A stretch of DNA of 63,933 nt, filler included, from Folioceros fuciformis (lineage: Eukaryota), in the NCBI GenBank assembly GCA_049999805.1. It is 7 parts of 7 records of this genome, joined end to end, with 100 filler letters (N's around TTAATTAATTAA, not from the genome) between each part and the next. Parts side by side here need not be neighbours in the genome. Positions count along the whole stretch, not along the records: positions 1 to 16,543 come from JBNGIO010004049.1; positions 16,644 to 28,029 come from JBNGIO010004052.1; 5 more parts are not named here. One strand, given 5' to 3'. Below, one piece after another: positions 11,473 to 22,629 of this stretch. The notes under the pieces were generated by a model. The model saw nothing but the letters and a program-made list of their open reading frames with translations, made no database searches and had not been told where the DNA came from. Made by a program: the position numbers and the translations under genes. Position 1 is the stretch's first letter. Every line of letters starts with the position of its first letter.

Positions 11473-12829
11473 GAAGCAGCTTCTCTTGGTGGCAAAGTAG
11501 TTGTCTCTAGAGTTGTGTTTTAGGCGTACTTTCATTTCTTTCTTTTTTGTCCTTATGACATGTCCCTGGTGCCGTCCAAGAGAACTGTTAGCATCGATGA
11601 AAGGTCTCGAGCCAGGGCAGCAATGTTCTGGAGAGGCAGTGTTAGACTTAATGCTTCGTTAAATGCTGGCTGTACTCAGGAGGTAGATCCTGCTTTGGGC
11701 TATTAGGTGTCGCTAGTTTTGCATTTGGCAAGGAGTTAGTGAATCTGTGGAGGACTCAATACTAGTGGTAGACAGGGGTGTGGTTTGGAAGCTTACGAGA
11801 CATGAGGTGGTAATGCCATGCCTACCATGGGACCAGTCCGGGCTTAGGTAGAACACCACAACAATACCTGAATCGATTTCCACCACCGTAGTGACCTTGG
11901 CGGTACAGTATTGTTGTGGTGCTCTGTGTGTTGTTTGGATGTTTGATGGCCCTAAATGGTCAACTGCTTTTGCATGTTAGATATGCCCTGTCAATGTCAA
12001 CCTCATAAGTCGGTTGCAATCAGGGTATGTGTGATAATCGAAAATGTTTCTTTACATGTCAGCATAGCAATGTCTCAAAATACGATCAATTCAGATTGAC
12101 GAACTGTAACGTTGATGAGAAACATGCAAGTCAGGATTGAAATGCGGATACTTGGAATATGCCATCTGATTGACTTGGAAGATGGCATCTCATACCGTGG
12201 GATGTCGAGGAAACTGGTGGAGACGAGTCCTGTTGAGTTGGGGAATATCCTCAGAACATCTACAACGAGGGGGTACGATACAATCTTTGTATACATTGGC
12301 ACGCCCTAAAAAACTTTCAACCATCCAACAACATAGACATCTATTGCAATCTTTGCCTCAAAATCAAAGAGGCTGGAATTGAAACATATGAACGGACCTG
12401 CAAGGTCACGAAGTCAATGACCTCCGAAAAATCGCCAGATGTTAGGAAAACTAGGCAGGTTTTCGCGAATCTGGTGTCCTACATAATCTAGGGCCTTCGG
12501 CATCAAATGGCGCAACTTAGCTCACATTCGTTGTGCTTGGCGTGCTACAGTAGATGTAAGAAAAACTTAGACGTAGTGAAACCTTCAAATCCCGCAAAGA
12601 ACATCCCAAAATATGATCTTGGGATCTGAGAGCTGTAGCAAAGTGTCGGCAACGGATGGAATGGGCAGTGACTCTGTCATGGTAACGTTGCTGAACATAG
12701 GGAGGGAACCTGTTGCGACACGCCTGCATAGTCCGTCGAACGGTCGTTGCCATTTTTAGACTCTAGTCTAAAAAAGACAGGCTTGAGGAGGGAGGGACCC
12801 TAGGGAAGGCAAGTTGAGGATTCGGACAA

Positions 12830-14116
12830 TCAGTTACATTGATACGGTGGACGTGAAATCTGCCTACCAGCCTTGGCCGGGCAAGGTGTTCCTCCTGGAG
12901 GGATGAAACAGTTGTACTGAGTACACAAGGAAGCCACGAAGGGAACACTAGAACCTAAGGAAAAAGATGTGAGATAGTTGTGCTGAATGTACAGATTCTT
13001 GAGGGATCCTGCAAGCAAGCCATTTGTAAACTCACCGGGCACGGGCCCAGTGAACAAATTGTTGTTCACATACAAGCTCTCCACTGTTGCTAAATACGGC
13101 GACAGGCTACCTGTGAACTTGTTATTGCTCAGATCGACTTCACTGATTAAAACAGGTCCTGATGGATTGATGGCACCGGAGAACAAGTTTCGGTGAAGCA
13201 GGAGGTAGTTTAGAGGGAAGCTGAAAATTTGCTGAGGCAGGGAGCCAGTGAAGAGATTCCGACCTAGATCGAGGTACTCGAGGTTGGAAAGACCGCCTAT
13301 GACATCAATGCTACCACCCACGCCGTTCTTGAGTACAGAGAAGAAGCGGAGGGAATTGGGGAGGTATCCAGGAAGGGTGCCTGACAGGGCGTTCTTAGAC
13401 AAGTCCAAATGAGACAGCCTGGAGGAGGTGAAAGACGGAATGCTGCCACCAAGATTGTTATGAGCAAGATCGACCGAGATGAGAGACGGGGCATTGGCAA
13501 GACCTTGAGGGATGGAGCCAGAAAAATGATTAGAGCTAAGATCCAGGTACTCCAGATTCTGGCAATTCTGGAGGCTGTTGGGAATGCTGCCTTCGAGGCG
13601 GTTGTTAGACAGGCCTAGAAACTGGAGAGACCTCAACAAGCCGACAGAGTCAGGGATGACCCCCCACACCTGGCCCGGAGCAATGGAGAGCTGAGTGAGA
13701 GCATTGAGGTTCCCAATGGACAAGGGAATCTGGCCCGTTAACCCTCCGTTAGGAGAGCCCAGGGACAGTATCACGATTCTGCTGATGCCGGACGACTCGG
13801 CGCAGGAGACACCCACGAAGAAATTGCAGGGAGCGAAGTCGAAGTCCCACGTCTGCAGGAACTGAGTACCTGGGAGGTCGCTCATGGACTGTTTGATATC
13901 CACCAGCACTTGTAGGTCCGCAGGATTCAGCTGCGCCCGCGCCAGCGGAGCAACCAGGACCAGAGCCATTGCCATCGCCAACATTGGCGCCACGAAACTC
14001 CACCAATCGCAAAATCTGCCGCTCTCCATGCTTCCAATCTGCAGGCAACAAATCAAAGCAAAAGGCAAAACGAGCTTTGAGGCCCCCTTCCCCACGGCAG
14101 CGAGCTCCACCAGCAT
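12830..14116 (-). CDS. Secreted leucine-rich-repeat protein (LRRNT_2 plus plant-specific LRRs, no TM or kinase; AT4G03010/AT1G03440-like)
   Basis: Signal-peptide-like MLAMAMALVLVAPLARA, LRRNT cap (WDFDFAPCNFFVGVSC), repeated LxxLxLxxNxLxGxIP units and the C-terminal LCTQYNCFIPP..CPAKAGRQISRP..QC family motif. The true start may be 14029 or 13984. Confidence 0.93.
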   Translation of the reverse strand: MLVELAAVGKGASKLVLPFALICCLQIGSMESGRFCDWWSFVAPMLAMAMALVLVAPLARAQLNPADLQVLVDIKQSMSDLPGTQFLQTWDFDFAPCNFFVGVSCAESSGISRIVILSLGSPNGGLTGQIPLSIGNLNALTQLSIAPGQVWGVIPDSVGLLRSLQFLGLSNNRLEGSIPNSLQNCQNLEYLDLSSNHFSGSIPQGLANAPSLISVDLAHNNLGGSIPSFTSSRLSHLDLSKNALSGTLPGYLPNSLRFFSVLKNGVGGSIDVIGGLSNLEYLDLGRNLFTGSLPQQIFSFPLNYLLLHRNLFSGAINPSGPVLISEVDLSNNKFTGSLSPYLATVESLYVNNNLFTGPVPGEFTNGLLAGSLKNLYIQHNYLTSFSLGSSVPFVASLCTQYNCFIPPGGTPCPAKAGRQISRPPYQCN

Positions 14117-16543
14117 GCATTCCTATGCGGATGAAACCAAAACCGCAGCAACGCACTTTTAAATTTACCCAATGCGGCACCCGGCTTCTCACCTTCTCCG
14201 CTGGAAGCTTCCGACAATGCAGCCCCGTACGCAACGCACTCCCAGACGCCGCAGCCCGCCCCTTCAAATCCGGCTACAGCAGAAAATTTCGCAACGAGGG
14301 AGCTCAAACAACGCAGGCTAGCAACTGAGTGGGAGCAAAAATCACCAGCCTTCCGCCCCAGCTGAGGTCCATCCACCGGGCCGGGGCTGTGGCTTCAGGA
14401 CAACAACTCAGGCTAGGAGAAGGCAGCGGGGTTGTCAGAGGAGGGCGGAGCAAGAGGAGCAAATTCCAGGAGATGGCCGGGTCTGGAGGCTGCAGACAGG
14501 GAAGCAGCGGGAGGAGAGCGAGGAGCGCAGGCGAGCACGCTGGCTGCCACCAGGGGGCCGTATTGTGTCAGCGGGACAGCGGAGGATTGCCAAGAGAAAA
14601 TTGCAAGAATAAGGCAAAGGCGGAGGATGGGACGAGGCAGGTGGGAGTACACCTCTCTCACACAGTACAGCAGCGATTTGGTGATGTTTGTAAGAGAGGC
14701 TTTTGCGCTTTTGCATAAGCTCAACGCCGTTCCCCGACCTGATTGCAGCACCTGCGAGCCAGCCTTATATGAAGTCTGCAGGGGGGAGGACGGGGTGTCC
14801 GAGCGGCAGGACGGGGCCTTGACGGCTCCCGTTTCGTCCCGTCTCGTTCCGTGGCGCCCGCCCGCTGTGCGTGGCCTCGCGACAGTCCGTGCCTAATTCT
14901 GTGCCGCATAAAACAGGGTGCATAATTCAGCCCCGCGCGGCCAGCGCGGCCACAAACAAACGGAACGGAACAGCAAGTTGCAACAGAGTGAGTGAGAGAG
15001 TACGCGACATCCGGGCGAATCGACCCGTCCACTCAAATCATGATCCCCTACGCGATTATGACGAAATAGCATTCTTCCCGTTACATAATACAGTAATAAA
15101 ACTTAGAACGGCGTCGCGAACGGTCTCGCGGGGAGTGTGTGGTGTGTGAGCTCGCACTGCAGGCGCAGCTACAGCTGGGGCCAGGGCTGGGCCCAGCTGG
15201 TCGGGAGGGCCAGGCCGCCCATCGGGCCTGAGCTACCGACAGAGTGGTGAGGGGCTCGATCGCATCCGGGCCCGGCGCGCAGAGTCTCCCAGGCCAGGAC
15301 TCAAGGACGCAGTCGACGGCGACGACACACTGCCGACCCGATGCGCTCTGGAGCTCAAGCCTGCTGCCTGACACCACCGCCGATGCGGCATGGCATGCGG
15401 CAGTGCGCCTCAAGGAATCGCACAGGCGTCAGTCGGACAAAGGGTTTTACGTAAAGCACGCCAGCTTCGGGAATTGACATTACGCACGAACCTTATCAGG
15501 AACCGCATCATCTCGCACGGCGGCTGGTCAGATTAAAACAAACCCTGTGAGACATTTACAGTACATTCATGCAAGCTCTTCCAGGCATACCATATACCTC
15601 ATATTCTAGCCCTGTATCTGCTCTGGGACCCCAAGCCCTAGCCAGCAGGCCATAGCCGTGGATAGGACAGTCCGGCTCCGCTTCCAAGCCCTGCCTGCAC
15701 ATCATGCCACCATCAACTCTGCAACGGAAAGAAGCTATTCCCTGCTGCAGGAGGTGGTGGTAGTGGTAGTGGTGGCAGAAGAGTGGTGCAGAGCCTTTTC
15801 CACCACGAACGGGACGGCCCAGTTTAGAGCCTCTTAAACTCCCACCTGTCTGCACCGCCAACAGGTGGCCTTCTCTCATCACGCACCACCAGTCAGGAGG
15901 GCCCTCAGGGATACAGCCTGCAGCAGGCTTCTGCAGCTCTGCTTCACATTCACAAATGTGCCACATGCCGCGGTTTACTTCATCGCTGTGCCTCCATGTT
16001 GCTCCAATCAATGGTTATAAATGCAAACAGCAGGAGGAGGAAAGGGCGATGCAGGGCCTGCCTGGCTCTGCTTACCTACCAACCTACTGCACCATCCAGG
16101 CCTCCTGGTGGTTGAAAATGTCAAGAAATTTGTTGGAAGCTCCACCTGTGCACGGGAGGAGATGAGTGGCCAGCAAGGCTCGCAGCTTGCACCGCACATT
16201 CAAACTGGAATTAAAAAAATATTGCTGTGACAAAATCCGCAAAGACAGCAAGGGACATGGGACGGGGCGCTGCTGGCCTGGTTGTTGTTGTTTTGCGCTC
16301 CAAAGCCCGGAAAGCAGCAGAGCAGCAGCTGTCGACGCCGTCCTTTCACCTTACGCCAAGGCTGACGATCTGCCTGCCCCGAGTCCCGCGTCCTACTCGT
16401 CATTCCCTCGCCTCTCTCGGTGGGAGCGTCCAGTAAAGAAACGCGGGCTGCGGCGCGGTTCGAGGTCCGACTCGGTCCGGCCCGGCTGCTGGGGCCGGTT
16501 CCCCAAACGGATGTCCCTATTTGAAAAACTTGCAGCCTGGTTC

Positions 16544-16643
16544 NNNNNNNNNNNNNNNNNNNNNNNNNNNNNNNNNNNNNNNNNNNNTTAATTAATTAAN
16601 NNNNNNNNNNNNNNNNNNNNNNNNNNNNNNNNNNNNNNNNNNN
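16544..16643. other. Assembly linker 44N-TTAATTAATTAA-44N
   Basis: Exactly 100 bp, with a six-frame stop 12-mer at 16588-16599. Confidence 0.95.
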
Positions 16644-16967
16644 ATCCCTCCAATGTTTGAGATCCCAGCCGCCTTTTTGTATACTTTGTATCCTCTGAAC
16701 GTGTACTAAACCCTAATTTCCAACATACGAGCTCGTTTGCATCGAGAATTCGTGACGTGACGAGCATCATTTGTGAACACAACGATGGCAAGGCTTAAGA
16801 TTATCAAAATAAGTGAACTTCAAGGTTCACCTAGGAATTGAAGTCGCAAGATGCCTCTAATGGACATGTATGAATATTATTTGTATAATTATATTATATA
16901 ATATATTACATTTTAGTCATTAAATAGATTCACATCCCAAGTTCAGAATGTAAAATCTTATGCAATT

Positions 16968-17047
16968 GTTCTTTTGTAGTGTGACTCTTGGGCTTGTTCT
17001 TTTGTAAGGTGACTCTTGGGCTTGTTCTTTTGTAAGATGACTCTTGG
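16968..17047. repeat. 28-bp tandem repeat, ~3 copies
   Basis: TTGTTCTTTTGTA(G/A)NNTGACTCTTGGGC occurs three times. Confidence 0.8.
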
Positions 17048-17989
17048 CTATGTTTGCACTATGTCCTTAAGAAGATGGTTTCATTCATTTCCTCTTACCT
17101 CAAGTTCCAAAAGCAGGATAGAAGTCTATCCCATGGAGGACCAAAGATTTGAAACCTGTCTACCCCTCTTAAAGAAAGGGAACAACGTAATGAAGGGCAA
17201 CGGTAGAGGGGAGTCACACACTTCAAAGACAACGAATTGCAAAATGAACTTCATGATTAGGGATGTAAAAGGGCGCACTTGTGCTAGTATTGAAGAAGTT
17301 GGATCTCCCAAGCACATTGTTGTCCTATATGTTGTGTTGGGTCATGCCCTCTACAAAAACATAAACCTTTTTGTGGGAAGAAGGAAACACTACAAGAAAG
17401 GGGAGGCCAGCCCCATTCTGCTACTAAGATATGCCTTAGCGTAGGTCTTAACCAACTTTTAGAAATTCTCACCATGGCTTCATTGAAGACTTGATGGAAG
17501 AGGGATGAAGGCATGGCATTGTCCATCTTACATAAGAGAGTACTTGTGGACCTTAAGGGGGTTTGCACACCCCTCTTGCCATCTAATTTGGAGGGTTAAA
17601 GATAAGATGTTCATTAGCATTGTCATGGGTGGAATCTTTCCAAAAGCTAGTCTATGTCTTATTTTTCTCTCCTTGACCAATGCCCTTTGCATAGCCATGG
17701 AAACCATATGTTAGAAGAAGACAACAATATAAGAAAGCAGAGGAGCTCCATTGTTGAAGCTAAAATATTGCCTTAGTGTAGAGGAGTCCATTCTCATTTT
17801 TGGGGATAAGATACGCCTTAGTGTAGGGGCGGCTACCCCCATTCTTGATGCTAAGATATGCCTTAGCAAACTTGTAGAAGTCCTCACCATTGCTTCGTGT
17901 AAGTCTTGAAGGCAAAAGGAATTGAAGGTGTATACTCACCCTTGAGGACCTTAGCTACCATGTATCCCTTTACCCTCCAACCTAGAGGG

Positions 17990-20090
17990 TTCAGGATGAC
18001 GTACTCAAAGACATTGTCTTGGGTGAACGTTCTTTTGCCACCCTACCTAGAGAATTGAGGATGACATGTTCACAAACACTATCTATGGTGGACATTCCTA
18101 TATCGCCTAGCTTAAGGATGACATGTTTGTAAAAACTGTCATAGGTGGACATTCCTATGCTGTGCACAACCACTGTTAAGGATGAAGTATATGTTCACAA
18201 ACATTGTCATCTCTTTCAAGCCTTGCTTGAAGGGTTAAGGATGACATGTTCATCAACATTGTCTCCGCTGGACATCCCTTGCTGCTCATAACCATTGTCT
18301 CTAGTGGACATCCCTTGCTGTTCACAACCATTGTCCTAGGTGGACATCCCTCTATCGCCTAACCATAAAGGTTAAGGATGATATGTTTTTTGACACTATC
18401 TTAGGTGAACATCTCTGTATTGCCCAGCTCGGAGGGCTAAGGATGATATGTTCATAGACATTGTCTTGGGTAGACATCCATGGCCGTTCACAAACATTAT
18501 CATGGGTGGACAACCCTTTTATCACTTAGCTAGGAGGCTTAAGGATGATCTGTTCATAGACAATGTCTTGGGCAGACATCCATGGCCGTTCACAAACATT
18601 ATCATGGGTGGACAACCCTTTTATCACTTGGCTAGGAGGCTTAAGGATGATTGCCTTTTCGACACTGCCTTAGGTGGACATCCTCTACCACCCAGCTTGC
18701 TTAGATGGACATCGTCTACTGCCCAACTTACTTAGGTGGACATCCTCCCTCTACCATCGAGCCTGCTAAGATGGACATAGTTTACTGCCTAGCTTGCTTA
18801 GGTGGACATCGTCTAACATCTAGCTTGCTTAGATGGACATTTTCTACTGCCTAGCTTGCTTAGATGGACATAGCCTAGCTTGTTGAGGTGGACATCATCT
18901 ACCACCTAGCTTGCTTAGATGGACATAGCCTAGCTTGTTGAGGTGGACATTGTTACCACCTAGCTTGCTTAGATGGACATATCCTAGCTTGCTTAGATGG
19001 ACATATCCTAGCTTGCTTAGATGGACATACCCTAGCTTATTGAGGTGGATATTCTCTACTGCCTAGCTTGCTTAGATGGACATACCCTAGCTTATTGAGG
19101 TGGATATTCTCTACTGCCTAGCTTGCTTAGATGGACATACCCTAGCTTGCTTAGATGGACATAGCCTAGATTGTTGAGGTGGACATTCTCTATCGCCTAG
19201 CTTGCTAAGGTGGACATTCTCTATTGCCTAGCTTGCTTAGATGGACATTCTCTACTGCCTAGCTTGCTGAGGTGGACATTCTCTACTGCCTAGCTTGCTG
19301 AGGTGAACATCACCTACTACCTAGCTTGCAGAGGTGAACATTCTCTACTGCCTAGCTTTCTTAGATGGACATCACCTAGCTTGCAGAGGTGGACATTCTC
19401 TACTGCCTAGCTTGCTTAGATGTACATCACCTAGCTTGCAGAGGTGGACATTCTCTACTGCCTAGCTTGCTGAGGTGAACATCACCTACTACCTAGCTTG
19501 CAAAGGTGAACATTCTCTACTGCCTAGCTTGCTTAGATGGACATCACCTAGCTTGCAGAGGTGGACATTCTCTACTGTCTAGCTTGCTTAGATGGACATC
19601 ACCTAGCTTGCTGAGGTGGACATTCTCTACTGCTTAGCTTGCTTAGATGGACATCACATAGCTTGCAGAGGTGGACATTCTCTATTGTCTAGCTTGCTTA
19701 GATGGACGTCACCTAGCTTGCTGAGGTGGACATTCTCTACTGCTTAGCTTGCTTAAATGGACATCACATAGCTTGCAAAGGTGGACATTCTCTACTACCT
19801 AGCTTGCTTAGATGAACATCACCTAGCTTGCTGAGGTGGACATCATCTACGGCCTAGCTTACTTAGGTGGACATCATCTACGGCCTAGCTTACTTAGGTG
19901 GACATCCTCTATTGCCCACCTTGGAGAATTCATGTTGATGGATTCACATACATTGTTTGGGACCCTCTACTGCGCACCTTGGAGGGTTCAAGATGATAGG
20001 TTCACAAACATTGTTCTGGACAACATCCTTGTAAAGCCTAACCTAGAGGATTAAGGATGACATGCTCATCGATTATTGTCTAGTGGACAT
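17990..20090. repeat. Composite minisatellite: 102-bp units grading into 24/31-bp CTAGCTTGC..TGGACAT units; probably inside a non-autonomous transposon
   Basis: A 102-bp duplication at ~18440-18650. A dense array at ~18670-19910 of CTAGCTTGCTTAGATGGACATCAC (24 bp) and CTAGCTTGCAGAGGTGGACATTCTCTACTGC (31 bp). Degenerate AGGATGACATGTTCA units on both flanks. Confidence 0.9.
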
Positions 20091-22629
20091 GTCATTAGAG
20101 AGTAAGAATAACATGTCTAGCTAGAGACATTATCCTCAATAGAGTCCCCTCCAAAACCTAAACTTTTTGTGTTCCTCTCCCTATGTAAATATGATGTGTA
20201 ATGAAGATAGAAAAAGTCCATGAACCCATAACAAGGAAAAGTAACTAACGAAGAGAGGAAACAAACAATTAATAAAACACTCTAGACTAAGATTTAAGGG
20301 GGACTACTCCTTAATGTTGCGAATTGTGTGACTCCCTAGTGTAGTAAGTACGATGGGAAAGCAATACTGGCCACATATTTCATAATATAACATAGTGTAT
20401 TATAATATAACATAGTGTATTACAATGTATAGCATAATTAAGATACAATTATATTCACGATAAAGGGGCCCACATAGACCCATGGCCCACATAGACTTTT
20501 TATCAGAAGGAGAGAAGAGGGGCCATGTCCCATGGCCCACATGGACTTTTCATCAGGGCGGAGAGAAGAGGCCTGAGACGACACTGTTGCTGTAAAGCCC
20601 TAACTTCGTTTAATGAAGAGATTGAAAAGGGGCACGCAGAAAGGAAAGTAAAAACAGAAAGAAAGAACGAAAGAAAGAAAGGAAGAAGGGAGCAGGGAAA
20701 CACGCAATCAGTACACATCCCGCAGCGTGCGAGGGGCAACGTGGGCTCGTTACGCCGCCGCGGCAGCGTGGACGCCAGCATTGTCTGGGGACCACTAAAC
20801 GCCAGAAAGGAACGGCGGCAGGTGAAAGAGAAGGCAGTACAGTGGAGGGAACCGGAGGAAAGATGCAGGGAAGCTGCGAAGTGGCTCGTAAACCTAGTAT
20901 GGAGGGGATCAGTTTGGGAATCGATTGCTCCCATGGACCGGAGCCGACGATGCAATTGGCGAAGGAGATGCATGTTTATAGAAACCTTGCACATGGCGAC
21001 GAAATTAGGGTCAAGCGATGCACAGCGTGCGATGTTTCCCACTATATGACGCGTGTGGAGTCTGGACCCAGGGAGGAAGGGTGTTAGACCGAACTTGTGC
21101 AATATCTGGGGCCACCGGGTCGAATCCCGGGGTTTCCTTGATCGGCCGCGGCAGCTGTACCAATTGGCTGATTAAGAGCCTCCAGACCTGGCAGCTAGTC
21201 CCCTAGGTTAAAGTGCAGTGAAGCGGTTGGGACTTGGAAGGTCAAATGATGTACTGCAACAAGCTTTGTCCTCTTCACAGCCGGCTGCTTATTACTCTAA
21301 GCTCCCTGGAGTGCGTACTGCAGTGTTTCTGTCATGTTATGAGCCTCCTGATGGAGTGCTTCTGCTTCTGCTTCCGTTTCTGTTTCTGCTGCTCGTCTGT
21401 CTACATGTGCCAGCGGAGTCACATCTTCCAAGCTTTCTTGTTGGGAGAGGACCTGCAGTTTCGAGAACTGTGGAGCGGTTCTCCTTACATATTGCTGCAA
21501 CGGTTATGGTTGTTTCAAGCACTTTGTCAAGTTCCAGTTTTTTTATTCGCCATCTCATTTCCTATTGCTCGTATAATCATAGGATCCCCCGTTTCGATTC
21601 TCAAGTAGGTACGCATGTACTAGTCACCCTCACCATGCCCTAATTCTTTTTCCCTCTCCAAATCCGATCCTAGGAATTTAAGATGCCCCCTTCCTTCTTG
21701 CTTCCTGTGGATGGTTGGTACACCTCCTATTGTCACCTAGTGGGCTGACGATTGTGTTGTGTAGTGTCATGTCCAACAGAATGAGAGAAGAACAAGGATC
21801 CGAACACGGATCCTCTGTCGCAATTAGTTCATGAGACATGAACGTATAAAAATATTTTCTAAGGCGTTCCAGGCAGCGTGATCAAAGCACACTGGTTTAG
21901 TCCTCACCTCCAACATGTAGGCAAGGTTGCAGCTCGACTTCGCAGGGCAAGTGTTTTATGAACCCACAATTTTTTTATGCTTCTTCTTCGCGTGTGTAAG
22001 AAGGACAATGGATATTAAATTTGGGTAAGTGTTTATTTATCCTTTTATAATTTTACACAAGTGTGTTGTCCTTCACTCCTAAGCCAACCCTGCCTTACAA
22101 CAAAAAGATCTAGAGATGCAAGTGATGTAATGTGGTCCTCCCGTGGTTTTTTAAAAGTGCAAGTGGTGATGACCTCCCTCCCCAACAAATGCTAGTGGTC
22201 AAAAAAGTGCAAGTGGCCATATGGCCCAAGCCTGTGTTTCACTAGAAGTGCGCGTGGCCTATTTCCATCTGTGGCTCTGCTTGTTATAGCTGGACTCCTT
22301 TTGGGAAATAGTGTGGACGATCCCCCTGTCGCGAAACACAACGAGCTCTTTTACCTTTTATATCTGGGGTGTTGGCGACTAGGTGGTTGGATATGGACAA
22401 AGAACTATATTAAAATGCCTGCCCATATCTCGGAAAAATACTACTCTATGAATCTACTTTGAGTTCAGAGTCTAGCAGATCCATAACGACAGTTTGTCCT
22501 AGACAAGAATGCGCTCAGAGCTATATTACAGAGCATTGTCCTAGCGTGGGTTGTTGCAGCAGCTGAGGCAGCCTGGGATGTGTCTATGTCTACCTGGAGC
22601 CGCTGGTATTGGAAATGGTGAAAGTCGTG

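Noticed and set aside
10985-11535. Poly-His/Arg, poly-Ile/Val, poly-Ser and poly-Met ORFs
   Set aside because: Off-frame and antisense readings of the GAT/GAC/GAA-rich acidic exon.
16059-16080. miR160-like TGCCTGGCTC seed (and a miR408-target-like GGAAGAGGCAG near 4593)
   Set aside because: Only 10-11 nt match, with no complementary star arm or full target site.
18670-19910. CRISPR-like array of ~24-31 bp repeats
   Set aside because: There are no unique spacers and no cas genes, and the context is eukaryotic. It is a head-to-tail minisatellite.
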